A stretch of DNA of 64,000 nt from contig JAPETS010000045.1 of NCBI GenBank assembly GCA_026023565.1, positions 124,001 through 188,000 on the forward strand, given 5' to 3'. This stretch comes from Cirrosporium novae-zelandiae. Lineage: Eukaryota. Both the position numbers and the translations under genes were made by a program. This document shows positions 13,604-25,806 of this stretch, piece after piece. The notes beneath the pieces were generated by a model that saw only the letters and a program-made list of their open reading frames with translations, searched no databases and was not told the DNA's origin. Every line of letters begins with the position of its first letter. The stretch's first letter is position 1.

Positions 13604-14297
13604 AAAAGTGGTATTCGGGGGGGAAGATTTTTTCTATTTCCTTCTATTTTTTTCCCTATCTTAATTAACGAGTTTTACATTTGGCCAAATACCACCACCA
13701 CCACCACCACCACTATTTACGATTCTCTTAATTTTAAGTTTAATTTAACTAGCCTTTCCAATTAATTGTTAATAAGAATAAACAAAACAAAACAAAACTG
13801 TACGTACGATAACGGCGATACCGTTCGTTATATTATTTCAGCAGACTAGACCTACATACGGGATCAATACAACAATACTTATTTATAAAACGAGAAATGC
13901 CTATCGATTGGTTCCCTCAGTCTCCATCTACCCCCCCTCCCCCGCTTTAAACCATTAAACCACGATCGCTAATTAGACAAATCGATACGACAGCAGTATA
14001 ATTATCTATCTATTTCTCAAGCCAGACCTTATCCCTTATCTCTCTCTAGCAAACATATCCAGTACAGCAAGTTTCAATAACCCACATCCGCCTTAGGTTG
14101 ATATCCATTAATCAGCTGGAATAAGGGGCGGGGGGGGGGACCCTCCTTTCCGCATTCACTTCCAAGTCTCACACCTTCATACTTCTCATATTCTTTATTA
14201 TAATCATATCCTGCTTTTATCCACAAAAACACCCTTCTAACCATCGCGTCTGCTTTATCAAAAACAGCATGCTTTAATCTACTATACAGTACCTTCC

Positions 14298-17037
14298 CTA
14301 AAACCTCGCCCTAATCCTACCTCTCAAGTTTTCCTTCCACAAACAACAAATACTCTCCGACTCACACCAGTCCCTCACCTCCAAAGCGCTTATCTCTTTA
14401 TCAATCCCAATCTCCCTGAATCCTACGGTATTTAACCAAGAAGTGAGATCCTCCAGCACAATGGGGTCGTAAATAAGTATCTTCTCGTGCCAGCTTAGAC
14501 TGGTGGCAGAATTGGAGGGGGGATATGTTTTTATAGCCTTTTTTATCTGTGAGAAAATATGTTGTTGTGCAGCTTCAAGATCAAGCTCCGGTGTGCAACA
14601 GCGATTGACGGCAAGTGAGCCGAGTCCAGCTGACTGAGAAGTTGGAGACCTTGAGCGAGTATTGACAGGGGAGCCGATGGGAGAGCCGATGGAGTCATTA
14701 TCCGAGTCTTCAATTTCAACTGGGAGAACTTTACGTAGTTTTGCTCTGGGAGATGAAGCTTTTCTTGTGGGAGGTTTTTTTGCGGCTTTCTCTGACATTT
14801 TTGCTTTCGTTGGCGAAGCTGGTGGAGATGGCGCCATACTTGCTTTACGTGGACGACCCCGAGGTTTCTTTGTCGGTAATGCTGTTACAGATGATGTGGT
14901 TGGAATCACATTCGGCTGCTCAATAGCGAGGGCTGGTTGTGTTGATTTCTTGGTGGCCCGAAGCTTGATTTCCCTCTCTTCTGGTTTCTGGTTATCGACT
15001 GGAATAGGCAGTAGATTGCAATGGTTTGGTGACGGTTGTAGAACGGGCTGATGTTTGCTTTCCCAACACCTCTCGAGCAGCTCGATCATTTGGTTTCGAT
15101 TCTTGAGAGGCTTGAAATGATAAGATTCTAGCTCGCTCATTAGCCGATTTGTGGTATATCCGTGAAAATCTGGCTTGGTTGGAGCAGGGGCAACGTGGTT
15201 AGAATTCGTAATAAGTTTATTTATTGCCGGATTTTCCTTGGTTGTTGGATGCAGGTGTTGTTCTAGCTCGTCACTCTGCTGTGGAATTGTCAGCAGAACT
15301 GGAGGTCCATCCTCAGATCTATACCGAGGAGCAAGAGGCGATTCTTCATCGCTCAAAACTTTCCATCCTTCTGATTGTAGAAGTTGTTCTGCATCCATGG
15401 AAGTAACCGTTGGATGGCCATGGGCGTTTGTTAGGGTTGATATGACGGCAGCAGCGGTAGGGGAATCAGTCAAATTGATAACCTCGGGGTGTAACAGAGA
15501 ACCATCAAAATCCCTTGCAGCCTCTGACCATAGCTTCTTTGAAGATGTCAACCTAGCAAAACGGGACGAAGAGAAAGAACTTGATTCAGAGTTAGCACTT
15601 CTATATCTAGAATCATGCGATGAGCATATAGGTATTATTTCTTCCGATTCCTTCAGTGCCTGCCGCATATCTCTAATAAAGGCCGGATCATCCTCTCCAG
15701 CAAGTTGGCTTGATGTACCAAAAAGTAGGTCTTGGTTTTCGAGTGCCTTTAATGCTGATTTTGGCGATAGTAGAGGGTTTTGTGCTGCCACGCTCTTTTT
15801 GGACCTGCGTGCTTTCGCAGGAGCTTTTTTCTTTGACTTTGGCTTTGCATTTTCAATTGTGTTTGAATTTGGAAGATCGCTGTCTCTAGGCTTGGTGCCA
15901 AAATAATTCAATAAACTTGACTCTGTGGATTCTTCACAACCTACTCTTTGTGCATACAAAGCAGTAACACGTGCAGTGATAGTCGCGGGTTTCTTTCTGG
16001 GAGCCTTTGCTTTTTCTGGCGGCTCTGGTTCAGAGTTTGTTTGGACAACCTCTTGGTTGGTCTCGATGAACTAGATAGACAATTAGCATCAATAACGACT
16101 TTAATTGAGATGAAAATATAACCTCAATACGTCGCCGCTTTGTTGGAGCTTCGCCACTCGTAGCGCGGCTGATACTAGGCTTAGGCCCATTTTCTACGTT
16201 GCTTTTGTATTCGAAGCCACTGAGTAAATTCCCGAAACTATTCTTAGATCCTTCGATAGATGGAGACTGTGAATTTGTGACTCCTATCGTATCGATATCA
16301 ATGAAACTTTCCCTTGGAGGAGTCCAGTCATCTCTTCTTTTCACGGCAGCATCGAGAGAAAGGTCACCCAGGATTTCTCCTATAGGCGCTCCTGTGCCTG
16401 GCTCAACACTGCCTTCTGATTTGTCTATGCTAGCATCCTCGATAAATGGAGTTGATTCCTTGGAAGACTTTTGGGCTTTTCTTGACCTCGATACTCCAGG
16501 TTTTGTCACCTTTCCTTTGGGGATTTTGGTCTGGCTATCGGCGGTGGTCTTTTTTGCCCTTGGTTTTCTTGGTTTCGGTGCAGGTTTTGCTTTCTCGTTT
16601 GTTCCATTGCTCTCTCCATCTCCTGCATCCTCCAATTTCTTCTTCCTTGACCGAGGCTTCTTCTCGCTTTCATTGGATCCACCTGTTGAGGCCTTGGTTC
16701 TTTTTCTCGTTTGCTTCTTCGCGGGTGGTTTTACATCGCTATCGGGTGTGGTAGCAACTACAGAGGTCTCGCTAGCATAGGTACCATCAATCGAGACACT
16801 ATCATCAAGTCTTTTTAATAAGCTTGATGAACTCGTGAATCCAACATTGACACCGTTAGGAATCGGAACCACTTTGCTGCCACTTTTTAGAAGGGAATCC
16901 CTCATGCCAAGAAAGTGTGAAGGGGAAGGTAGGCTTGGTGAAGATGAAAGGGCAGCGTATTGATTTGACGGTGGAGGCGATGTTTGGATTGGTCTAATGG
17001 GAGACGATGAAAGAAGGATTACTTGTGCAGCTTCCAT
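14298..17037 (-). CDS. SLX4: Structure-specific endonuclease subunit Slx4, 2 exons
   Basis: SAP-like segment (PDFHGYTTNRLMSELESYHFKP) and C-terminal Slx4 domain (SWHEKILIYDPIVLEDLTSWLN...VRDWCESESICCLWKE); QDLLFGTSSQL motif. Intron about 16071-16121. Confidence 0.92.
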
Positions 17038-17866
17038 CTTGACAAGTCGAGTCCATGCCTTGCATGGACGAATAAGTGTTGGAAGCAGCGACAGGTTGGA
17101 GTTGTCAAGCTGCAGCTTCTTGAACTGGGTACTTCGGTATTTTCCCTTCAGTTGATGCTCTTCTATTTACAGTTGACGTGCATCGCGACTTGGATTGGGC
17201 CAAGATTACCTTAACCTTAATAGGTATAGTGTCCGCTATTAATTCCGCGTTCCGCAACCTAGTGCCAAGCTTTTATCTGAGTCCGCACGTCCCGCTACGA
17301 CCAAGTAGGTCCCCATATCTCGGAACAAAAGGGTAATTACATAATTACATGTATTCCATCCTTACAACATACAACATATAAAGCAACCTATCAATTCCTA
17401 ATTCTTTGTTCAACATACCCCCTTCATAGCATGAAATTTGCTTGACCTAGCCTCAAATATGATACACAAATGGTGGATTCGATACAGAACATGTCCTCAT
17501 TGTTCTACTGTAATTGGAGACGCTGCTTTCGAAGAGCTACCGTGCGTTAGATAATCATTCAACAATTGATACGGTATTTCCTCAAGACCATGAGGCTTTC
17601 TACCGATACATATCGGGGATTTTCGCAAGAAACCTGTTCGGAATAATGCGGGGTTACATCAGCATATTGCGTCACTATAAACATTCTAGTCACTGTCATC
17701 TCCAATGTTGGTAACTAGCATTTGTTGTGTGCCAAGAGATATAAGAAGTGCTACAGGACTCTCATCCTTGATCTTCTGTTTTTGAAGAAGCTCCTTAGGT
17801 GGTCAGATGCACAAACACCCTAACTTTTCAAAGATAGTTTTACATACTTCCAGATTCGCAAGAGCA

Positions 17867-19934
17867 ATGGCGTCAACTTCCAAAGACATAAAGCACCCCA
17901 AATTCGGAGATCTCCCTCTTTCGACTTCAGGGCCCTTGGACTGTGCACTGACTGTATGACCTTTTGTTAATTGCTTTCATAGATCAGGCCATACTAAATG
18001 ATCTGTAATAGGGCGCTGGGTTATTGCGTTCTCCCTATTTCAACAAAGGCTCAAGCTTCCTTCCTCGTGAGCGGAAAGAGTTTAAGTTATATGGACTTCT
18101 TCCTCCTAATGTCCAGACATTGGATGAGCAGGTCATACGGGCCTATGAGCAATATAAAACCAGAATAGACCCTCTGGCGAAGAATACTTTCATGACAAGC
18201 ATGAAAGACCAAAATGAGGTCCTTTACTATCGACTCATTCAAGATCATTTGAAAGAAATGTTCCCTATCATCTATACACCGACGGAAGGGGATGCCATTC
18301 AGAACTATTCAAGACTGTTTCGGAGACCTGAGGGATGTTACCTAAACATATTCGATCAGGACCGAATCCATGACGACATGGCTCAGTTTGGGGATCCAGA
18401 AGATATTGATTACATCGTTGTTAGCGACGGAGAAGAGATACTTGGAAGTAGGTTTTGCAGTTAACTATATGAGCGCCTTGGCAAACCTACTGACTTTGAC
18501 GCTTGAACTTAGTTGGTGACCAAGGCGTTGGAGCTATTCTTATTTCCGTCGCCAAGCTAGTTCTTACGACCCTCTGCGCTGGTATTCATCCATCAAGAAC
18601 TTTACCGGTTGTTCTTGACTGTGGTACCGACAACCACTCGCTTCTAAATGATGACCTATACCTTGGACTTCGTCGGCCAAGAGTCCGGGGGAAAGAGTAC
18701 GATTCGTTTGTTGATACATTTGTGCAGTCCGCAAAGAAACTATACCCTAATGCCTACATACATTTTGAAGATTTTGGACTTTCAAATGCGCGACGAATCC
18801 TTGACCAATATCGATCGAAAATTGCTTGCTTTAATGATGACGTCCAGGGGACCGGCTGCGTGACCCTGGCCGCAATTATTAGCGCTTTGCATGTTTGCAA
18901 GTTGAAGTTATCAGATTTAAGAATGGTTGTGTTTGGCTCTGGCTCGGCTGGTATGGGAATATCCGACCAGGTCAGAGACGCAATTTCGATGGAATCTGGT
19001 AAATCAAAAGAGGAAGCTATCAAACAGATTTGGTATGCTATTTAAAGTACGCACTTTTAGTATATTTCTAACATTAATTTTGAAGGTGTGTCGACAAACC
19101 AGGCCTCCTGGTTCGATCCCTCGGCGATCAACTGAATAAAGCCCAAATTTCCTTTGCGCGAGACGACTCAGAATGGGAAGGCAAACCCCATCAAGACCTC
19201 CTAGAAGTTATCAAAGAAGTCAAGCCGCATGTATTGATTGGAACATCCACAAAACCAAAAGCCTTCACACAGGAAATCATCACGGAGATGGCTAAGCATG
19301 TTGATCGACCTATTGTCTTCCCTCTTAGCAACCCTACTCGCCTCCATGAAGCCGATCCGAAGGATATAAATGAGTGGACGAAGGGGAAGGCCTTGATCGC
19401 AACTGGGAGTCCATTCCCTCCTGTCACGTACGATGGAAAGGAATATGAAGTTGGTAGGTCAATTCTTGTGTGCTCTTCCAAAACCGAACCATCCTCCAAA
19501 CTCTCGAAAATTGGAATATTTACTGATCATGGCAAGCTGAATGCAACAACTCCACCTGCTTCCCTGGAATTGGTCTCGGGGCCGTTCTCTCTCGCACCCG
19601 GCTTCTAACAGACGAGATGCTCTATGCTGCCTGCCAAGCTCTTGCGTCACAGTCACCAGCTCTCAAAAACCCCGATCGAGGTCTCCTTCCAGACGTTGTC
19701 AACGTACGCGAGATAAGCGTCCGCATTGCCTCTGCAGTCATCAAGAAATCCGTAGAGCAAGGACTCGCCCAAGAAAAAAATATTCCAAAAGATGACGAGG
19801 AGCTAGAGGAGTGGGTAAGAGAGCAGATGTGGGAGCCGAGGTACAGACCCTTAAAGAGGGTTAGTAGAGAAGAGGCCAGTAAACATGCTAGAGGGGAGAT
19901 GGGTATATCTGGTTCGAGGGGGGCTAAGCTGTGA
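17867..19934 (+). CDS. NAD-dependent malic enzyme, 5 exons
   Basis: FNKGSSF, PIIYTPTEG, DGEEILGIGDQG, IHFEDF, FNDDVQGTG, GSGSAG, PLSNPT, ATGSPF and ECNN motifs. Four introns, frame intact. Confidence 0.95.
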
Positions 19935-20553
19935 GATGCTTGTAGCGGACTCTGCCTATTTAGCGCTGAGGCTGTGGTATAGAAACATGAAGACAGCAGT
20001 GCAATTCTAGCAAATAAATGATGTCAAGTCGCTATGGTTAATCATTGCGATTTCGAGAATGCTTTGAACCGGTCTTAATCGGCGATTTGGTTTGCACCCC
20101 CACATCGAAAATATCACTGCAGACATACCATGTCAACCCTCTTACCAATAACTACGACAGTAGTAGACATTATCAATTGCGATATGCTGCACCTCGCCCA
20201 AAACGCCTTGAGAGCGGCTGTGAGGGTTGGGCGGTAAATTTTCTAACTCGTCTAAACGCCCTTGCGTACATTTTCTCTGTCCCATGAAAACCGCAGCGAC
20301 GCAAGAGGCTAACCATCAACCACAACCATAAGGTTGCCTAATCTACAACATGGTCATAGTTCCATTTGATTTTATGGAAAAACTATTGGTGAGATTAAAG
20401 CCCTTAATAAGAGGATGAACGGTCAAGACGGACAGCCTTACGAACCCCGCGCGAGGGTGGATAAAAATGTAAGCCCTTCACGTCTTACTTATATTTTAGT
20501 CGCAAGACAAGACATTGTTATCAATTGATTCACTTTGGTTTCTAAACCTGTCT

Positions 20554-22264
20554 ATGGATCCTGTCAGTGTGATCGCATCTATTTTAGCTGTCGCAGAAAC
20601 ACTCCTGGCTATTTCCAAAAAGCTGAGGGGATATGCTAAAAGATTGGCGCATGCGGGTGACAAAATCAACAAAATGGCAAATGATATATCTGATCTTTCA
20701 CAAGTGCTTTCAGAGCTTCAAGGCACATTCAATTCATATCCTAAATTGATTTCAGCGCCTATCATGGGGTTGAGTACGAAGCATATCGAGGCCGTTGAAA
20801 CAATGGCCAGTGATTTTAATATTTTTTTGGAGAAACTAAGACCATTGAGATTAAATGGGCAAACAGATTTCATTAAAAAGGCCGTTGCACGGTTCCGCTG
20901 GGTTTCAAGGAAGGATAGCTTGGAGTTTCTAAAAGTATCGCTTTCAGAAGAAAAATCAACTTTAACAATGGTTATGGGGCTCATCTCAATGAATATCTTA
21001 TTCATACAATTGAAGGAAGCTCGGGCGTCATCAAAATCACGAAATAGTGCTGCCGTAAAAATTCTGGAAAGGCGAATGTAAGTCTACTTTAACATTGATT
21101 GGCAAGTGGTAGGAATCTTATATACCCTTTAGTCAATTTCTTGAAAATATCATCAAAGACCACGCAACCAGAGCGAGAGCCGCCAAGAAACATCTTCGCC
21201 AGCTAGTTCAACAAGGAGGGACAGCCTCTGTCTATAATTACAACATAAATGCGACGGCTCCCGAAGAAACTATCCAGTGGGTTGAGCAGCAGCTGGGCTT
21301 AGATAGAGGAGCACACCGGAGGAGAGAACACAGACCAACACACGCACGGAGCAGACCTGCTTCTTCTTTTACTGAACAAATCTCGGCGGTGCATGATAGT
21401 CCAATGCTCCGCTCAGTATTCAATTCGCCCCCTTCAACAATTTCAGCGGTCTCTACCTCCAACTCAACTATGACGTCGAGGTCCGAACCACCGCAGTCGT
21501 CTCAATCTAGCCGCACGATAACGGACCCATTAGTCGATCCTTCTAGAACAAGCCTTGCCCCAGAACCGTTGAGATCAACTCGAACAGCGCCGTCTGCACA
21601 AAAAGACCGCAATACCCTAGTTCGTTTACATGCTAGGGCAGTCCCCAGCAGTATGGCTCGAACTCAGCAGGAGGTTGGAACAAGAGTGTACGGTGATGAG
21701 GGCCTTATCTGGAGTTGGAATGAGAGGCAAGAGCCAGAAGAATCGCAGCCTCTTAGCCCTTCAACGCCTTCTATACATTCACCAACAGGAATGTCTCCAG
21801 AATTGCCAATACCAATACCACCGCAACCACAGCCATCATCCGAATTACCACTGCCCTCACAAAACAACAGCCTTCCAGATTCATCTCCACCCCAACCCAT
21901 CGAAGAGGACTCAGAATCAGAGTCAGAACCTGAACCTGAACCTGAACCTGAACCTGAACCTGAACCTGAACCTGAACCTGAACCTGAACCTGAACCTGAA
22001 CCTGAACCTGAAATCAACAGAAATCCAGAGTCCAGTGCTGCCCCCCACGCACCTCGAATAGCAGCCAGCATAGACGAAAGCAGGAATTGGATTTTCGACA
22101 CCAATGGCAGTGATGCTGACGATGAAGATGACGACCCACAGCCCCCCAAGATTAACAAGCCATCTCCTGTGGCAGAAAACTCACCTCCTAGAATTGAGAG
22201 CCCATCTCCCGTAGCAGAAGAATCTTCATCCTCTTCTACCAGAGAACCCGAACCCAAACCCTAA
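20554..22264 (+). CDS. Protein with fungal STAND-associated N-terminal helical domain (Helo-like/SesA-like) and a low-complexity P/S/E tail
   Basis: Starts MDPVSVIASILAVAE; has ARFRW and LSEEKSTL segments typical of this N-terminal domain. Intron about 21078-21132 joins it in frame to ORF 21389-22264. Confidence 0.7.
21926..22012 (+). repeat. (GAACCT)14.5 coding hexanucleotide microsatellite encoding (EP)14
   Basis: Perfect tandem GAACCT units within the second exon. Confidence 0.97.
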
Positions 22265-22352
22265 GGGCTCAAACGACACTAACCTCGGACCCAAGCTCCA
22301 AAAAAAAGAAAGAAAAAAAAACCAAAGTTCTTAAGCCTCTAGTCTAAGGAAA

Positions 22353-22534
22353 TATTCACGAGTTAGCTGAGGAGGAGGAGGTTGCATTGGAGTCTAAAGT
22401 GAAGCTTCTAACTAATCTATCTACATATCTCTCTAGTTAGTTAGTTACTTGCCGACGCGGGCGTCACGGCTAGAGTTCTAAGACCTGAAACGGGCTCTCG
22501 AGGCGATGTGAAGTCTATGAACCTACTCGTAATA
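22353..22534 (-). mobile_element. Possible degenerate solo LTR
   Basis: Ends TCACGAGT...ACTCGTAATA form an imperfect inverted repeat resembling a mutated TGTTACG...CGTGACA. TA-rich interior. No clear target-site duplication. Confidence 0.25.
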
Positions 22535-24067
22535 GCATTAGAAGAGCATATTTCTTGTTTTAAGCATTTTTTTCTTTCTTTTTTCAATTGGTTGATTGGT
22601 TGGTTGCATATATGCATGCATATGGTGGGTTTAACGATATACCACTTTTTATCTAATTATCTATAGGAATTGGAAACAGGATTCACCACTACTTGCTAGC
22701 ATTAATCTTCTTCATTGCTTCTTGAAAAAGGAAACATCAAGTTGCTGTAATTTGTCATTTGCATTTGAGAATATTCTTATTTAAAAGCAGGCGTCGGGGT
22801 TTTTTTTAAAAAAGAATCTTGTGGGGTGGGTCTTGTCTGTAATTTGCCATTCATCATGGAGTTGAATATAGGAAAATCCTTTTTGCATATTTTGATCTGG
22901 TAAAGAAGGCGTGGGCGGGAGTGTCACTGTCTGTTCGTTTGGGGCAGGTTACCTAGCCATCCTATCCTATCCCTGCACCAAGTGTGTGTCTCGAAGGGAA
23001 GGAGAAGAATATTCAGCCTTGTCCCTCAATTGAGAGCCTATCATTTCTCTGTCAAGGAAGAAGAAGAAGAGGAGGAGGAGGAGGAGGAGATAATGTTTTT
23101 TCGAGGAACAGTTTATTGGACAAGTCGAGGAAAGGAAAGGAAAGTATGCATGCATTAAAACTAGTATAAGCATAAGGCAGCTTGATAGACGAGCTTTTTA
23201 GGATTAAATCAGCATGTAAGGTAGGTAGGTAGGTGGTATGGTGTGTGTGTATGGAGGTATGGGGGTGGTTGCGGTTCCAAATAAGCAAGGGTTGGTAGCG
23301 GTCGTAGTAGTAGTAGTGAGTGATTGTGTGTGGCCAGTGCACTGCCGTAGTTATAATCGTTAGATGTTTTACAAGTAAATAAAATAAACCTTGCGTCACA
23401 GATAATAGATCCTTTCTTCTTTTCTACTTACCTTAATTACCTAGGATAAAGTGCCTGACCGTAAGTACCAAAAACTACCTAGGTCTAGGCAAAAAAAAAA
23501 CGTGCCCCTTCACCTAATTCCTTTCCGAGCATCCCTTGTGTTACATGGATGGGTGCTGGGTACGTGTTCCCTATCATCTCATCTCATCCCCATGTTCCCG
23601 AGACAAGGGGAGATGGGATGACGCGAAAAATGAAACCCGACGACACCGTCAGATCTCCAGACCGCCAGAACGGATTCGCATTTTAAGGCGCGCGAAACGT
23701 ATGAACTTGACCGTCATTTAAGCAATTTGATGGGTCTTGATGGGGTTGATTGTAGGCGGTGAAAATTATGTTTTGAGTGGGGTCCGTCTGTCTGTCTGCT
23801 GCTGCTGCTGGTCTCTTTTTTCTTCTGTTGTTTTGGACAACCAATCTATTTCTTTTTGCTTTTTCATGGTTACTCAAAAGCTGAGGAAGGGAGGACTAAT
23901 GTGAATTTTTTTTGAACTATCAAATCAGGACCGACGTTTTAAGACAATCCTAAATCCTAAGGGTATAAAATTAATAGAAAAGGAACGAAGCAAACAAACT
24001 TCGGCCATGACACCAAATTAAGATCTATGTCCAAAGGAAATATACAAAAGACGGCTTCATGCCCATC

Positions 24068-24853
24068 TCACATGCCATCCATAAGCCCGTTTCCGTAGAT
24101 CCTCTCTGCCAACATCCTCAACGTCATTGGCATCAGGTTATCACTATAATGCTCTTGGATATCCGATTTCTCGACCGCGCAGTTGAGGCTACTCCATCCT
24201 CTGCTTGTATTACCCAGCCTCTCGCACTCCATCCTCTTCTCCTTGGACCACCATTCCGGCAGGATTCCTTCTCGCCTCTCAGCCAGGTTCAGGAACATCT
24301 GAAAATCCTCTAGAGGGCCTTCCTCGGCATAGATCCCGTGTTCTCCTTTGCCCCAGCTGTAATCGTCGTCCGCACGTAAGCGATAAGCGTCAATCAGCTG
24401 TCTGTAAACCTCCTTCTCGTGCAGAGTGTGTAGATAGGCATCCCCAGCGGTAATCCCGAACAAACTCGCAATATTATCCAGTTTATTGTTCCTGGCTTTT
24501 TCCTTGGTTGGAACATTGCCGTTGTTTGTGCCTGCGGTAGTTGTTTGCAGTCCACATCCCCTCTTGTGTGATTTCCAGTCCTTCTTCTGACAATTGCGCG
24601 AGCAATATAGAGATTTATGGCATTTGGCGCAGGCCTTCAAGGAATTGGGGAGGTCGTCTTCAGTTTTTCTGCAGGTGGTGCAGATGCGGTCAGGCGTAGG
24701 AGAGGGAGGTTTGGAGAAAGGCTTGGAGATACGCTCAAATTCGTCAGGGCTGTTGTAGCAAGTGTTAGAGAGGGATTTTGAGAGCGGTGAATGCAATGTA
24801 GGATTTCGAAAGACATACCCAACCACTCGTGAGTGGATGTCAATTCCAGTCAT
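24068..24853 (-). CDS. MYND zinc-finger protein
   Basis: CTTC...CAKC...YCSRNCQKKDWKSHKRGC, followed by a fungal C-terminal domain (LIDAYRLR, LPEWW). Probable in-frame 69-nt intron at 24750-24818. Confidence 0.85.
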   Translation of the reverse strand: MTGIDIHSRVVGYVFRNPTLHSPLSKSLSNTCYNSPDEFERISKPFSKPPSPTPDRICTTCRKTEDDLPNSLKACAKCHKSLYCSRNCQKKDWKSHKRGCGLQTTTAGTNNGNVPTKEKARNNKLDNIASLFGITAGDAYLHTLHEKEVYRQLIDAYRLRADDDYSWGKGEHGIYAEEGPLEDFQMFLNLAERREGILPEWWSKEKRMECERLGNTSRGWSSLNCAVEKSDIQEHYSDNLMPMTLRMLAERIYGNGLMDGM

Positions 24854-25806
24854 GGTGAGGATAATGTTAGAAGTTGGCTTGAAATTAGTTTGCTGGAGTG
24901 CACTCTGGTGGAGGGCTCTGGATAAACCAGAATTAACCTGGTCAAGGGAGTTGAAAGTAGGAGAGAGAAGGAGAATTGAGAGAGAGAGTGGGCTGATAAA
25001 TTATCTGCAAACCAAAGAATGCAAACAGGTCCACCGCAAAACAAAGAAGAAGCATCTGCTGTAAATCCCCATTCATTCGCAGATACCATTGATCTAGCTT
25101 AAGCATAGCTTAGCTCTGAGCTGAAAGTGCCCATCACCTTACCTTCATCCTACGTCTACTACCTGCCTAAAACACCTGATGGCGTAGCCGGCGTTGCTGT
25201 TCTCCTTTTCGGATTGCACCACGACAAAAATCATATGCCTACTGCTTACCATCCCAGACCATGTATTTGCCAGCCGAAAGCGCTCAACAATCCTACAAAA
25301 AAAGGCCCTTGTATCGTCCACCCTTGCCGCGCTTTGTTTAAAATCGAGATTTTCGTATAATTCCAGAGAGTATTCGTTGGTATCCTTCCATGGTTGTTGA
25401 GAGACATTACTTCAACAATCGTGGCGGTGAGGATTTGCTTTTCGCTTTCCCTACCAGGCTAGACATTTCGATGCGCGACGCGTATTTGGAGTAATTGATT
25501 TGTTCGGCATGGCAAGGATCCGGAACATGCTCAGCTCTCCCCAGAATTCTCGAATCAAGTTCGTGGGCGTAGAAGAAAATGGAGATGCCAAATCAGAACC
25601 GAATAGTTTAGCTTAAATAGTAGATAACACGGTCAATCTTTCCACGATACCACTGCAAAACTAGAAACTGTAGTTGAAAAAAAGTTTGGTGGATCAAGGG
25701 GGGGGGTCTTGGCGTCTTTCGGCCCGAAACTAAGATCCGGGGATCCGAGCCCTTTTGATATCTGACCATCTAAAGATATTCATTTCATATCTATCTATTG
25801 TTAACC

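Noticed and set aside
15175..16780. Long + strand ORFs (243 and 193 aa)
   Set aside because: They are antisense shadows of low-complexity SLX4 exons and have no motifs.
19105..19130. GGTTCGATCCC, a tRNA T-loop-like motif
   Set aside because: It lies inside a malic enzyme exon, with no cloverleaf or A-box.
21630..22257. (NL)n and (GS)n ORFs
   Set aside because: They are alternative frames of the GAACCT microsatellite. The EP frame is the one spliced to the upstream exon.
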